From Trichosphaerium sp. ATCC 40318 (Eukaryota; Protista; Tubulinea), in contig JALMLS010000124.1 of the NCBI GenBank assembly GCA_038496445.1, positions 1 through 64,000 on the forward strand: a DNA stretch of 64,000 nt. Direction: 5' to 3'. The number at the start of each line of letters is the position of its first letter. Positions within the stretch are counted from its first letter, which is position 1. A program made the translations under genes and the position numbers. Below, piece after piece: positions 40,319 to 53,382 of the stretch. The notes under the pieces were generated by a model. It was not told the DNA's origin. It searched no databases and saw nothing but the letters and a program-made list of their open reading frames with translations.

Positions 40319-41290
40319 ATGGTACGTTAAACACCACAAAAGCACCGTTGGCACCTCACTTTGCTCAGTGTTACAGTGTAACAATCTCTAAACCTTTTTT
40401 CTTAGAGCGCATTGAAAAAAAGACCAGAAGCATGTTGTTCTTGTATTAGTTTATTGGATCTTCCATGTGAACTTCAAAAGTATATCTGCACGTTCAATGT
40501 TGAGGCATTCACAAAATTCCATACACTTTCAAAAAGAGCTGCAATCAATACACACTTTGATGAAGCATTAACGCCCAAGGGAAAATGGATAAGTTGGTAT
40601 AAAAGTGGGAAAGTACATAAGCACGTGCATCCAAAGAACGGACCAGGTAAATTATGGTATGAGAGTGGTAAGCTTAAGGCAAAACTTACAAAAGTTGATG
40701 GTAACCAAAATGGCCAACAAACTGAGTGGTATGAAACAGGAGAGCTTGAAGCACAAAGTATGTGGGTTGATGGTAAATTGAATGGTCAAACAAAAGCATG
40801 GTATAAAAGTGGACAACTTAAGGAACAAGGCATGTTGATTAATAATAAGTATTATGGAGAATGTAAAAAATGGTATGAAAATGGCCAACTTAGGGCACAA
40901 AGTGTGTGGGTTGATGACAAAAAACATGGTGAAATGAAAGGATGGTATGAAAATGGACAACTTTTTCTTCAAGCTATGTACATTGATGGTAAACAACACG
41001 GTGAAATGAAAGGATGGTATGTAAATGGCCAAGTTAAGAAACAAATTATGTGGGTTAATGGCAAGCAGAGTGGCGAAAGGAAGGAATGGCATGAAAATGG
41101 GCAACTAAAAGGAAAAACCTTATTAGTTGATGGTAAACGTCATGGTGAATGCAAAGATTGGTATCCTAATGGACAACTTAAGCAACACAGCACGTGGGTT
41201 AATGGTAAGATAAATGGTCATCACAAGTTTTGGTTTGAAAATGGGCAACTTAAAATGCAAGATATATGGGTTGATGGTAAACGCCAGTAG
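40319..41290 (+). CDS. F-box + MORN-variant repeat protein
   Basis: ATG|gtacgt intron (40322-40405) joins in frame to SALKK...LLDLPCELQKYI (F-box), then ~9 24-aa WYENGQL repeats. Confidence 0.85.
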
Positions 41291-41501
41291 GCAACAAATA
41301 GCAACATGTTAAAAGTAAAGCGATGGTCATCTTGAAGAACACATAATGTCGCTTGATGGTAGACTATGTTAAAGTCAAGAAATGTCATTTGAAGTCAAAG
41401 AATAAAACATTAAGCCAGAACTTCAAAAGAAATTGTTTGACTATTTTAATCCGCTTGTTGTATTTACAGTTGACCGACGGTAAGTTGATAGCGTTGTTGA
41501 C

Positions 41502-44413
41502 ATGCTTCATACAAAAAGAGAGTACTTTCAACAAGCAGAACCTTGTTTAGGCAATCAATACTTAGAAGACTCGTATTTACGTGCTCAATTACAACGACAT
41601 GTACCTAGTACGTCACAAAGCGAAATTGGTAAATTTAACGGGCGACAAATAGAGGAAACGTTCCAATTGTTCGATAAACAGCTCACAACGTTCGGAGATC
41701 GTGTAATAGGTACTAAGCAACCCTCAGAAATAGGATTAATTATATTGGAGGCGAAATATTACAACATGGCAAAATTGTAGAGACAAACCACCCAAAACTA
41801 GTAAATTACAACGCGTTTGGCAGGTAACTCTGATTGTACCGCACGTGTGGTATTAATTCTGACAAAAATACTAGACGTATAGATGAAATCCAAGTATGTA
41901 GTTCCTGGACGAGACTCAAGGATATCATACACGAAGAGGTACATTTTTATTTGGCCAACTTTTTATTCTTGTTTTTTTTGGTTGATTGTCGTCTTCATTA
42001 TAGGGTATGGTCGCTATAGGTTACGATAGAAAATACAAAGAATATAGCAGAGTGCTTCAAATGACTAAGATTTATTTGTACAGTCCATCTGGTGGCGTAT
42101 CTGATTGGTAAGGCTTGAAAAAAACATTTCGTGATATCACGTGTTTTTTTTAAACTTGCCTTTTTGGTCCGATTTATGGCTAACTTGAGTTATAAGTCCA
42201 TTAGCAATGACAGATGGAGCTTCAAGAGTAATTGAAATATATGGACATTTGGTAGCAGATGCAGAGGTGCGTAAAGTAGTCTACAATGAAATTCGTGACA
42301 ATTTTAAAAATAGGGCAAAGAAAAAATAAAGAAAGCATACGAACGTCTTACTTCTTGTGATTCTAAAATAGCTTGGATGTCAGGACAATGGGTACCCAAA
42401 TTTTGTTAATAATATATTGTTCAGTCATAATATGTATGTGAAGAGCTTATGTCTTTGAAATAGATGACGGAAAAAACAGGCGGATCTGATGTTTCAAATT
42501 CCCAAACTTTGGCTGTGCCACAACCTGATGGAACCTTTAAGTTATATGGATACAAGTTCTATACATCAGCAACTCTTTCTCAAATGTCACTTGCATTAGC
42601 ACGTGTAACTGATACTGATGGCAAACCTATAAAGGTGAAAATGATAAAAACAATTTTCGTTTTTCTGAAGTTTTTTTTTCTGACTGGTTTTTTCTAGAAC
42701 CAGCGCTTGTCACTTTTCTATTTGGAACTCCGTAATGAAGATGGAAACTTGGATAACATCCTTGTACACAGACTTAAAGACAAAGTAAGGCGCTAATAAA
42801 CACAAAACAATAGAGTTGTTAACTTCTCTTTCAGCTCGGCACTCGTGGCCTTCCTACAGCAGAACTGGAATTACAAGGGACCAAAGCGCACTTAATAGGT
42901 GAAGCAGGACGTGTACGATACATAATGAGCGTGTTATAAATAAGACTAACCATAACAAAGGGTGTCAAGATGATTGCTTCGATGTTGAATATTACAAGAT
43001 TATACTCAAGTATTGGTTCAGTTTCTGCAATGAGAAGAGCTATCGCCATAGCACGTGATTATGCCCATAGGTAAAAATAAATCATTTCTTCATTTAATCA
43101 AGGTTAACAACTCCTTAGGCGAAAAGTATTCGGTACTCTGTTATCAAAGACACCTTTACACTTGGCGACGCTTGGTACTCTTTTGAAGTGTTTTTCGACT
43201 GCTAATGTCCTTGTCCTTTTAGCTGATATGGAAATAACTTATCGCGGTTCTATGGCTTTCTTGTTTGATGTTATTTGTATGTATGGAAGATCTGAAGTGT
43301 GCGATAATGTGTCAGAAGAAGATAAATTGTTTGTCCGTCTTCTATGTCCGATTTTGAAAGGATCAGTTTGTAAAAACGTAAGGCGACTTCTTCACTCCCA
43401 AACTATATTAATCAAATGAACAGGCGTTACCAGTATTAACTGAAGCCATGGAATGTTTGGGTGGCGCTGGATACATGGAGGTACGGCCTGACAAGTTCAA
43501 AATTGTAATGCTTTTGTTTCTTACAAGAAGGTTTTCTCGTTTAGGATTCCCCGATGCCAGTGTTGTATAGGAATGCTCAAGTTAACGCTATTTGGGAAGG
43601 AACAACTAATGTCTTATCTATGGATGTATGGAGACCATTAACAAAGTATAACGGCCTGAGCGTTTTCTACAAAAAAGTAAAGTCTCGATTAGATACATTG
43701 AAGGTACCTTCACAACTCTGTATTATTTCATCCTTCGCCATAATGTTCCACTTAACCTACTTTCTTGATATTTTATCGCACAAAAAAGCTTAGTGTATAA
43801 TGTACACTACTTACAATACACATAAAATGCATACATTTCTGGTAGAACAAGTTTTTTGTTTTGCTTTTTTTTTCACATGCTCATTTAGTTACTTTTTCTT
43901 TAGAACGACTCGTCTCTTACTGATACTATAAGTACTGTCCTCGAAGCCCTTGAAAAGATAAAACAAACGGGAGCTAAACTTATATCAAGAGGCAAAGAAT
44001 CCATTATCGAGGCGTCATCTATTGCCAGAGACTTTATGCTAACGTACTCTCTTCACTTTTTATATTAAAAGTTTCGAAACTTATTTTTTGCTTTTTAGGC
44101 TGGGAAACATTTATACTGTGACTGTTCTACTTGAACATGCTTCATGGAGTGGTTTAGTTACAGATAGAGTTGTAGCCGAGAGATGGGCATGCCAAAGACG
44201 TTTGTATTTAGTACCTGATGTACAACTTATCAAAGAGAAAATGCAACATGATAAAATGCTTGCTATGGATGTTGGTATGTCTACGTTCGCCCTCATCTTC
44301 TTTCGTTTAATACTCTTATATTTTTACTAACGAGGCTCTCTCTAGATCCTGTAACATCTAATTATAGAGGTGTAGGCGATATTCTAAACGGTAGAATTCG
44401 TCCAAAGTTTTAA
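41502..44413 (+). CDS. AidB/ACD-11-like acyl-CoA dehydrogenase
   Basis: GQW|MTEKTGGSDVS, GYKFYTSA, RLKDKLGTRGLPTAELEL, EAMECLGGAGYME and QVNAIWEGTTNV; ends RPKF stop. Confidence 0.9.
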
Positions 44414-45274
44414 GGCCTAGAAGCCACTATAATAAAATGACAGTTTGATATCAAACTCAGAATTTGCGAAGGATATTTATGTATGTCACGTGACGTGCTA
44501 GGTTTTCGCTTAAAATTTACGTTATAATTTTATCGCCTTGAGTTTCTGCGTTGAAAGTAACAAACGTAATACAGCCGGCAAGTTCAAGGGATTTTACACA
44601 ACATGTTTGGATAGCGTTCACAATCACGCACGTCGTTGTTATGAACGAAAACCCACGGCCATAGGATTGGACACGTTTATGCCAATGTATTTTCTGAAGA
44701 TGCGGTGTTTCTTGTTTTGGAGGGACAAGGAGATCTTCGTAGAATGGAAACTCGTATTTATAGTTTCAAGCAGCATAAAAAACAGTGATGGAGTCATGGT
44801 ATCACAAAGCACGTGTGATGTCGAATGTAGCTATACCAATTACAGCTTCATACTAGTTTCGACTTTTGCGTTTGGTTAGCAGCCGTGATTGAAGAAAAAA
44901 CGACCTGTTGTACAAACATAAATTGTGAACCACTTTTTTCGTTCAACATCGGCCAAAAGATTGTTCACGTTTAGGAAATGAAGGAAGTTATTGATAAATC
45001 ACGTGCAGCCTTTTGTAGGTATGAGAAACGCGGATAAAAACAGTGTACAATGGCGTTCAAATTTTTAGGCGAAAACAACACTAAAATATCTTTGACGTCA
45101 TCACGTGACATATTTCTTTAGATAATAAAATACCTTTTGTTGATCTTATCTCGCATGTATTTGTTTTGTTTGCAGTTTTCTTAATTTCATCACCATGATG
45201 ACGATCTTTGACTCACATTTTTCATGTGATACCTCTAAGTATCCCGTATTGTTACAACAATTAAACATTCCCAC

Positions 45275-46663
45275 ATGTTACAACTCATCTCGTTACTTTG
45301 CTTACTGTCGCTGGTATACCTCAGTTCGGCCCAATGTCCTGGTCTTGCTGCTGGTACACCTCCCACCGACAGTGCAGTAGTTCCATCTATCGCTGAATAC
45401 GACGCCTTGGTTAAAGACCTCGACATCATGGCTGTGATTACACGCATTAGAGAAGAAATGAGATCTTCACAATCTTGTTTTCCTGCCGATAACTTCAACG
45501 GTGTTGATACCTACGGACCATTATTCATTAGATTAGCCTGGCATTGCGGTGGTACATTCCGTGAAACCGACAATCTAGGCGGTTGCGCTGGGGGTAGACA
45601 ACGTTTCGAACCAGAAAGAAGTTGGGAGGATAATACGAATTTGGATAAAGCACGTGCCCTTCTCGCTGATATCAAAGAAGAATTCGGTGGTGCATTAAGT
45701 TGGGGCGATCTCATGGTTTTCGCTGGTACTGCAGCAATTCTTGATATGAACGGACCTGTTACTGATCTATGCGCTGGACGTGTCGATGAAGCTGATGGAT
45801 CTGCTAGTGAACCACTTGGACCTGGTCCTCAAGCTGATGCGGCTTGCCCTTTTGGAAACGGAAACTGCTCCCGACCTTTGGGTGCTTCGACGATTGGTTT
45901 GATTTACGTCAACCCAGAAGGTTTCATGGGAAACCCTGATCCAGTTAGAAGTGCTGTACAAGTTCGTGATGTATTCTCTCGTATGGATTTCGATGATAGA
46001 GAAACAGTTGCTTTGATTGGCGGTGGACACGCTTTCGGTAAGTGCCATGGTCCTTGTCCTGATGGTCCTGGAGTACCACCAAACGTAAATATCACAAATC
46101 CTTGGGAAGGTCAATGTGGAACAGGTGTAGGTGTTGATACATACACTAGCGGATTCGAAGGCGCTTGGACAGACACACCAGCGCAGTGGACAAACCAGTA
46201 CTTTCAGTTGCTTGTTGATGAGACATACGAACTCTTTATTGGTCCTGGAGATAAGTATCAATGGAGGATAGCAAACAGTACGAGAGATCTCCTGATGTTG
46301 ACTACAGACATTGCTCTTATCAAGGATGCCGAGTTCAATGCTATTGTTGAAGAGTTTGCTGCCGATATTACAGCATTGAATGAAGCCTTTTCTAATGCTT
46401 GGTTCAAGCTTACTCACAGAGGAGGCGTTTGGTCTAACAGTATGCATTGTTTGAATTTCACTGTGAATGGTGTTCCTGTTGCTCCTCCAACTGATGCCGT
46501 CCCTCCAACTGATGCCACTGATGCTCCAACCGAAGGAACAGCACAGCCTAGTGCGCCTATCGATACTACGGGCCCAACTACTGCTCCTCCTTCCAGTTTC
46601 GTTCAAATCCAAGTTTGCGTAATGGTCATTGTACTCAGCCTTGTCTTCACTTTACTTCAATAG
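45275..46663 (+). CDS. Secreted, anchored single-domain catalase-peroxidase (KatG N-terminal domain only)
   Basis: Signal peptide; YGPLFIRLAWH, SWEDNTNLDKAR, GLIYVNPEG, FSRM, GGHAFGKCHG, TSGFEGAWT and AWFKLTHR; then a P/T stalk and hydrophobic tail; intronless. Confidence 0.9.
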   Translation: MLQLISLLCLLSLVYLSSAQCPGLAAGTPPTDSAVVPSIAEYDALVKDLDIMAVITRIREEMRSSQSCFPADNFNGVDTYGPLFIRLAWHCGGTFRETDNLGGCAGGRQRFEPERSWEDNTNLDKARALLADIKEEFGGALSWGDLMVFAGTAAILDMNGPVTDLCAGRVDEADGSASEPLGPGPQADAACPFGNGNCSRPLGASTIGLIYVNPEGFMGNPDPVRSAVQVRDVFSRMDFDDRETVALIGGGHAFGKCHGPCPDGPGVPPNVNITNPWEGQCGTGVGVDTYTSGFEGAWTDTPAQWTNQYFQLLVDETYELFIGPGDKYQWRIANSTRDLLMLTTDIALIKDAEFNAIVEEFAADITALNEAFSNAWFKLTHRGGVWSNSMHCLNFTVNGVPVAPPTDAVPPTDATDAPTEGTAQPSAPIDTTGPTTAPPSSFVQIQVCVMVIVLSLVFTLLQ

Positions 46664-47300
46664 AAATAAACATTCTTCAATCTCGCCAATTTTTGTTTTC
46701 TGATTCAATCATCATGTGAGCTGTGTGGTTTACTTTTTTTTATTGGAACCGCTTTTGTTTGCTTTTTTTTGCTTATTTTATGAAGTAGTGAATAACAACG
46801 CAAGGCCTTTGATTCTCAAAGAAACAACTTTGCTGCTAAGCATAGTGTTGTTTGTGGAACATGAAGCCAATCTCAACTGGTATGCTCTTGTTGAAGAAGG
46901 TGAGAATATTAAAAATGTAACAGTATCTGTATCTACACGCTCAACGGTAACTACTTCTTGACAACACAATCTGATGTAACCTACGCCATAACATAAAAAC
47001 AGATTACGTTCTTGTATAGAGATGTTTAGATATCTGCAATATCTAGATATTTTACAGTATCTAGATATTTGTGAAATATCTAGTTTTGCACACTTGTTGA
47101 AATCTGAGCTGTGCCACCTGTCACTTTTGTTTCAAATAGACTTATGTAAGGACTTTACCAATAACATGCATCAGTAACAGTTAATCTACAATACCAGATT
47201 GGAGGAGAATACTCGATCCCCTGAATCACGTAGCCAGAAACTAGACACAAACTAATTAATAATCCATAGAACAGCTGAAGAATTTAGAAGCGAAAACAGC

Positions 47301-47564
47301 GGACCCACGTTTTTTCCGAATTTTTCGAAAGAAAAATTTCGAAAAAATAGAATTCGATACAAAAACTGAATGCCTATACCCACCAATGGATCACTATATG
47401 TGAGCGAAGGTCGGGTTCTAGTTCCGAGCACAGCGAGGACCCGACCGTAAGTGAACCAGGCGCTTTCTAGTTAAGTGGACTGCCCTAGCTATGGTCCGCA
47501 TCTTTCTACTAATTCTATTTTTTCGAATTTTTGTTTTCGGAAAATTCGGAAAAAACTATGGCCC
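47301..47564. mobile_element. Mutator-like MITE
   Basis: 46-bp inverted repeats at 47309-47354 and 47511-47556, GG...CC termini, and flanking direct repeat CGAAAACAG(C/T) at 47291-47300 and 47565-47574. Confidence 0.75.
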
Positions 47565-47636
47565 CGAAAACAGTCACGTGGCTTTCTTCATTTTATAAAT
47601 TTAAGTTTAAACCAATTTGGTTGTATTTTATTCAGA

Positions 47637-48561
47637 ATGCTCGCGCATCCTAATAATATTGATTACAAGGTAATTCGTTTTATTTCAAGATAAAATACCT
47701 AAATAACAAATTTATTAGAGAGTGGCTGTAAAACCACAAGAGTGCTATATATTAGACCTTCCAGTTGAGATTCAGCTTGACATTATTGATTTGGACTCAT
47801 CAGTATATTTCAAATGGCCAATCCTGTCAAAACAGGCGGCAATGAACACAAGGTATGATTGTGAGATGAAAAAGCATGGAAAATGGTTTCGTAGAAGAAA
47901 GAACCTTGTCATAAAGCAAATGTGCTGGGAACATGGTATACACGATGGAGAGTACAAGGTATGGTGGCACGTTGGCCTATTGAAGATCCAGAGTAATTAC
48001 AGAAATCAAAAACAAGAAGGAGAACACAAGGAGTGGTACAATGATGGCCAATTGAGGATACAGTGTAATTACAGCAATGATAAACGAGGTGGAGAATATA
48101 AGAAGTGGTATAGGAATGGCAAATTGAAAAGGCAATGTAATTACATCAATGGCAAACGTGAAGGAGACTGCAGGGAGTGGTTCAAGAATGGCCAATTGAA
48201 GAGCCAATGTTGGTACATTGATGACAAACAAGAAGGAGAATACAAGGAGTGGTATGAGATGGGGCAAATGGAGAGGTATTGTAACTATATCAATGGTAAG
48301 CGAGAAGGACAATGCAATGAGTGGTGTGAGAATGGCCAATTGAAGAGCCAGTGTAATTACATCAATGACAAACAAGAAGGAGAATACAAGAAGTGGTACT
48401 ACAATGGCCAATTGGCAAGGCGTTGTAATTACATTAATGGCAAACGAGAAGGAGAATGCAAAGAGTGGTATTTGAGTGGTAAATTGTGGAGCCAGTGTAA
48501 TTACATTAATGACACACAAAAAGAATACAAGAAGTTCCGGTACATTTATAGTGAGAATTGA
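47637..48561 (+). CDS. F-box + MORN-variant repeat protein
   Basis: Exon 47637-47669 with intron 47670-47718 joins in frame to ILDLPVEIQLDII (F-box) and ~8 EGEYKEWY.NGQL repeats. Confidence 0.85.
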
Positions 48562-48931
48562 GACATTAGACCAATACCTCAATCCCAACGAAAGCGGTGC
48601 AAGACGATCTGGAGGAAAGGAACACACGGTCCCTGGTCGATAGCTCTGGCACAGAGCGAGCATGTGTGAGGTTTATTTACAAGACATGATCGCGAATGCA
48701 ATAAAATACGAATAAAAAAAAAATTTGAGAAAGAAGTTTTGTTCCAAAGGTGGTAGTGGGTGATTTCTGCTTTCGTATAAACCTGCTTGAGTCGGTTGTA
48801 TGTCTTTGTTGTATCAGTCCAGTTTGTTCAAACGCCTGAAATGTCTCACATGTTCAGACAGCATTGCAAACAGTACTAACTTGCTGAAATTTTAGTATTT
48901 AACTTGCCAGTAAGGGCAACCCTGTTGCTAT

Positions 48932-50439
48932 TTATTCTTGTAAATTTTTCTTAATGAATTTGTCAATGTTATTGTTAATTTCATCTGGTTTTTCAAGCAT
49001 AAGATTATGGCTTGATTTACTTATCACAACAAGAGTCGACTAAAACAATAAAAAAAAATAAGATAGGAGATAAAGAAGAAAAAAAAACAAACTCAAAAAT
49101 ACAACACAAGCGCCTTTCTTTTTAGTCGCTGTAAGAAAACTAATACAACAAAAGTAATGACTTACCTGAGGAAACCAACTGGCTGTCTGTTTAGAACCTT
49201 CTACAGGAGTAAGACCATCAGATTCACCACATAAAAACAACACAGGTAGATCAACAAATGCTGATTCTATATCTTCCTTCTTAGGAACGTCCCTTTGTGC
49301 TATAATAGCTTGAATAATATACCTAAAATCAGTGCCATAGAGTAAGCACATGACAGCAAAAATGGCACATTTCTTACATTGGATTTTGGCTTGAAATGGT
49401 TGCTTCTTTTTCGACAAGTTCTCTTGACGTTTCAGCGTGAAACGCAGCATCAGAAAACTTCTTCGACTAAAAAAGCTACTTAGAGACGATATGTAATAGT
49501 AAGGTTAGTTTGGACGTACAACTAGAGAGCGTATTCTTTCTAGTATAAAAGCTGGAAGCTGCCAAAACAAATACTCAATCATGTTCAAAACACGTTTTTC
49601 CAGATAAGATCCCAGAAGAACTACGCCTTTTATATGGTCCAGTTCATCCTTTTTAAACTCACACAACATCTGAACTGTCTAAAAATCCTATAAGCCCAAA
49701 AGATCGGATCAAAACAGACGTACAATTGCAGTACCTACATAGTTTTGTCAATTCTTTTACATTCAAATAAACACTTTTTTTTGAAATAAGTTTTCAAAAA
49801 ACTGTCACGTGCCATAAGAGTGAGCAACTATAATATTATCTTCCGTCTTATACTTGGTATATATAGCCTTTAGCTCATTTACAAAGTCGCTGAATGCATA
49901 TTGATCCCTGTTAAAGGTAAATACAAGAACATGCTTCACAAGAAGAATTATAATACCAAACCATAGGTCTCTCACTTCCAGCATGTCCCAAGAAGCTAAA
50001 AACGCAAACATTCATTTTCTCTTTATAGTATTGTTCTTGGTGACGCCATTGATCAGCCCTAGTAACGATTACGTGATTTTGAATAGAAAAAGCGTTAATT
50101 ACCTTCCACCAAGGCCATGTACAAAGAAGATCTATAAAAACGTCATAAAAAGATAAATAGAACGCTAACGTACTGTATTAGAAGCTGTTTGATGTTTCGA
50201 GTATGAAACATAGATACGACGCCCCGGGGATATCTCTACAGTATTTTCCGCCATTCGTGAGTGCGATACACCGTTACTAGACTACTTGAGTGCTCTCTGA
50301 ACAGAAAAGACTTTGTTTGACACTTCAAACTCGTTTTTACTCTATTTCTAGCGACTCTAATGACAGAACTACGCGTATTCTTTGACCCAGAGAAGGTTAA
50401 ACTCGATCTATGGGAAAAGGTAGCGTTTATGATATTCAT
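48932..50439 (-). CDS. Alpha/beta hydrolase, ABHD8-like (start approximate)
   Basis: IFFVHGLGG, VAHSYG nucleophile elbow, LFLCGESDGLTP and SHNLMLEKP. Confidence 0.8.
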
Positions 50440-50519
50440 GAACGATTATTTATTGTAAGCGTAGCTAGGCGTGCCTAACAAGGATGGACACAGCGAAAAA
50501 CGTACAGATATTTATATAG

Positions 50520-51185
50520 ATCTCGGGGAGCCTTCTTTAGGCTTAAAAATAAGAGGAAAGAAGAAAATAGAGCTCAAAGTACGCCTGGGTATGCTTAACC
50601 GCCGCTTATAAAATGTTGTAAACAAAATCGGTTAGGTACGACAGCATTACACACAGAACACTGGTGTAAATTACACAACGCTGAGGCGGAGAAGGACAGA
50701 GCATCCATTGCAAAGTTTTTTAAACAAGCCAAGAAAGACAGTAGAGTCAAAAAATCAGCAGCGGTGAAACCGCTCACAGAGTGCATAGCAAATATAGACA
50801 GTTTACCACTTGAAGAAGTTCACATAATAAAAAGCCGACAACAAGCGTCAGCTGCTGTAAAGGTACTCATATTCTACTTTACGCGATAAGAATAATGTAT
50901 TGACTATGCCCTAGGGCGTATTCAAACATGTGAGTGCTGAGCAGGTCGATTTCGAGGCAAAAATAAATGACGTTTCTTTGGGAAATTTCAGAAGCATTTG
51001 CTTCGAAGGTAACAACTCTTTTTCGCCCATCATTGATTCTTCATATACTAATATAACTTAAAATAGCTGGTTCCGATAAAAATTTAAGTGCAGCTATGAA
51101 TCACGTGCTTGAAGGTATTGACAAGAATGATGTTAAGTATATGGGTTATCCAGAATTTGCTATGTATCTTGTATCTATCAAGTGA
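50520..51185 (+). CDS. Small multi-exon hypothetical protein (start uncertain)
   Basis: GT-AG-bounded open exons at ~50637-50862, 50915-51008 and 51067-51185, ending MYLVSIK stop. Confidence 0.45.
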
Positions 51186-51564
51186 TATCTTTAACTACGC
51201 CAACAAGTGTCAAAATAACTTCGAATAACACCTAAGACCTAAACAAGAACTATGTGTTTATTAATTTCACAGGGAATAAAAGTGTAAGTGACAAATAAAG
51301 CAAAAAAAAAAACCATTTGGGTTTTCGTACCTAACCGAATATCGTGATGTGTTGGGTTGGTGCTTTAGTACGCCAAAATCGGTAATCTTTAAGCTTGGGA
51401 ACTCTTCAAGATCTTTGGGGTTGGATATAAAAAATCAACGTAAAATAAAGTTGTTTCACTCCAATAATCACGTGATTATTTGTTTTTAGCGGGAAGAGTT
51501 CACAAATATTTGTGCTTAACTCGCTTGCTAAGGCAACAAAAATCTCCTACTGTTATCGATAGCA

Positions 51565-52875
51565 ATGACTAGTATACGGTGTGAAGGCACAGGCTCTCAT
51601 TTTGTTGAAACCATACCGACAGAGCTTATTGCAGCCGTTTTTGAGTATACTCCATATAAAACGCGATATTCGGTTGCTCAGGCGTGCTGGCTATTCTACG
51701 ACATTATTCATAGACATGTTGGTTACGGTGAAATCGTTATCAGGTCTTCAGAGGCCATAAAGCGTTTAATTGACCAGAAATCGCTTTTAAACAATACACT
51801 AGTATCATTCCAGAATTTCAAGGCCTCACCCGAGGAAATACGTTCTTTGGCTGGTGTTAAAAAGTTAACTTTCTGGGATTTGGAAGTGAGCGATAAGTGC
51901 CTTGAGGCACTTGCAGGTGTTAAAGAAATAGATATATTCGGATGTCCCAATATCACAGATGAAGGCATACAATTCTTATCAGGTGTACATACGATAGATG
52001 TGAGCTACATGAGGCAGTTGACAGATAAGTCATTGGAAGCTATTTCAGGTGCTTACAAAGTAAATATTTCGCAATGTAGAAGGATAACTGATGAAGGATT
52101 AAAATCACTTGCTGGTGTTCATTGGATAAATATCAGATCTTGCAAAGTCACAGACAATGGATTAAAATCACTTGCTGGAGCTCATACAATAATAATGTCG
52201 AGTTGTGATAATATTGATGGATCTTGTTTTTCGCACTTGGCTCAAGCTAAAAACACAAACGGCGAAATGTGTCTTCACGTCATTGATATTTCTGCTTGCG
52301 ATAATGTCATCCTTGATCATGTGAAACAATTATCAGGTGTACATACTGCCATGTTATCTTACTTAAAGGTTAAAGATGAGGATATCATACCTCTTGTTGG
52401 TGTCAGCGTACTCAGCTTGAATAGGTGTCATAAGCTAACTGCCGCTTCAATATCAGCTTTTTCTGGTATTCACACCATCTATTTGAGACAATTAGTCATA
52501 CAAGACTCATGCCTTGAATGTTTATCAGGTGTATATAGGATAGACTTGAACTCCTGTAAAGGTGTAACCGATACTGGGTTGAAATCACTTGCAGGAGTGC
52601 ATACTATTCACTTGGATGGTTGTAGTGATATCACAGATGAAGGTGTCATTCACCTTGCTGGTGTACAACAGATATGGTTGAATCAATGTGTAAAGATAAC
52701 AGATAGAGGTGTTAAGGCTCTTGCAGGTGTTCTTACAATAAGTCTAAAGAATTGTCCTCTTGTAACAGATGAAGGGATAACAGCTCTTCAAGGTGTTATT
52801 GGAATAGTTATAGAAGGTACAAAGTGTACAACAGATGCCGTCATTGCTTTGGGCGCACAAGTGAGGGTTCGTTGA
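51565..52875 (+). CDS. F-box + leucine-rich repeat protein
   Basis: IPTELIAAVFEY F-box, then ~13 repeats of LAGVHTI.L..C..ITDEG; intronless. Confidence 0.9.
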   Translation: MTSIRCEGTGSHFVETIPTELIAAVFEYTPYKTRYSVAQACWLFYDIIHRHVGYGEIVIRSSEAIKRLIDQKSLLNNTLVSFQNFKASPEEIRSLAGVKKLTFWDLEVSDKCLEALAGVKEIDIFGCPNITDEGIQFLSGVHTIDVSYMRQLTDKSLEAISGAYKVNISQCRRITDEGLKSLAGVHWINIRSCKVTDNGLKSLAGAHTIIMSSCDNIDGSCFSHLAQAKNTNGEMCLHVIDISACDNVILDHVKQLSGVHTAMLSYLKVKDEDIIPLVGVSVLSLNRCHKLTAASISAFSGIHTIYLRQLVIQDSCLECLSGVYRIDLNSCKGVTDTGLKSLAGVHTIHLDGCSDITDEGVIHLAGVQQIWLNQCVKITDRGVKALAGVLTISLKNCPLVTDEGITALQGVIGIVIEGTKCTTDAVIALGAQVRVR

Positions 52876-53382
52876 GCTTTATTTTGTGTACACACTTTTG
52901 AGCTTCAAGTCCTTACCATGTATGTTTATTCAACATATAAAGACTCAATAAAAGGCAAGAATATGCTTTTGCATTCTAAATTTGATGTTTTTTTGCTGGC
53001 AGTGTCACAAGCTCTTTGCTTTAGAAAATGGTGTGAAAGAACAGTCCTAATTTTAGTCTTCCATTGTAAGTCGACTTCAGTTTTTCAGCTTGAGTTGTTT
53101 CATTACACAAGTCAACTAATTGTAGCAGGGAAAATATTCCGGCACTGCCTTTTTATGAAATACAAGTGACAAATTGTGCTTTTCAAAGTTCAGTTTATAA
53201 TGTCTTCTACTTTTTTGTGCAAACCGAAAGACTGAAGTCATTCTTATTGTACCACTAAACCAATCCATCTCCTATGAGGTAACAATTGCTTAATTCCGTT
53301 GCTTCAAATTCTACTTGAATTCAAGAAAAAAATAAGATTAACAAAATGATTTATTGTTGTTTAGCAATGCTCTAAACTAGCT

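Noticed and set aside
40652-48663. Long hydrophobic minus-strand ORFs at 40652-41104, 45767-46612 and 47977-48663
   Set aside because: Antisense shadows of the MORN and peroxidase genes.
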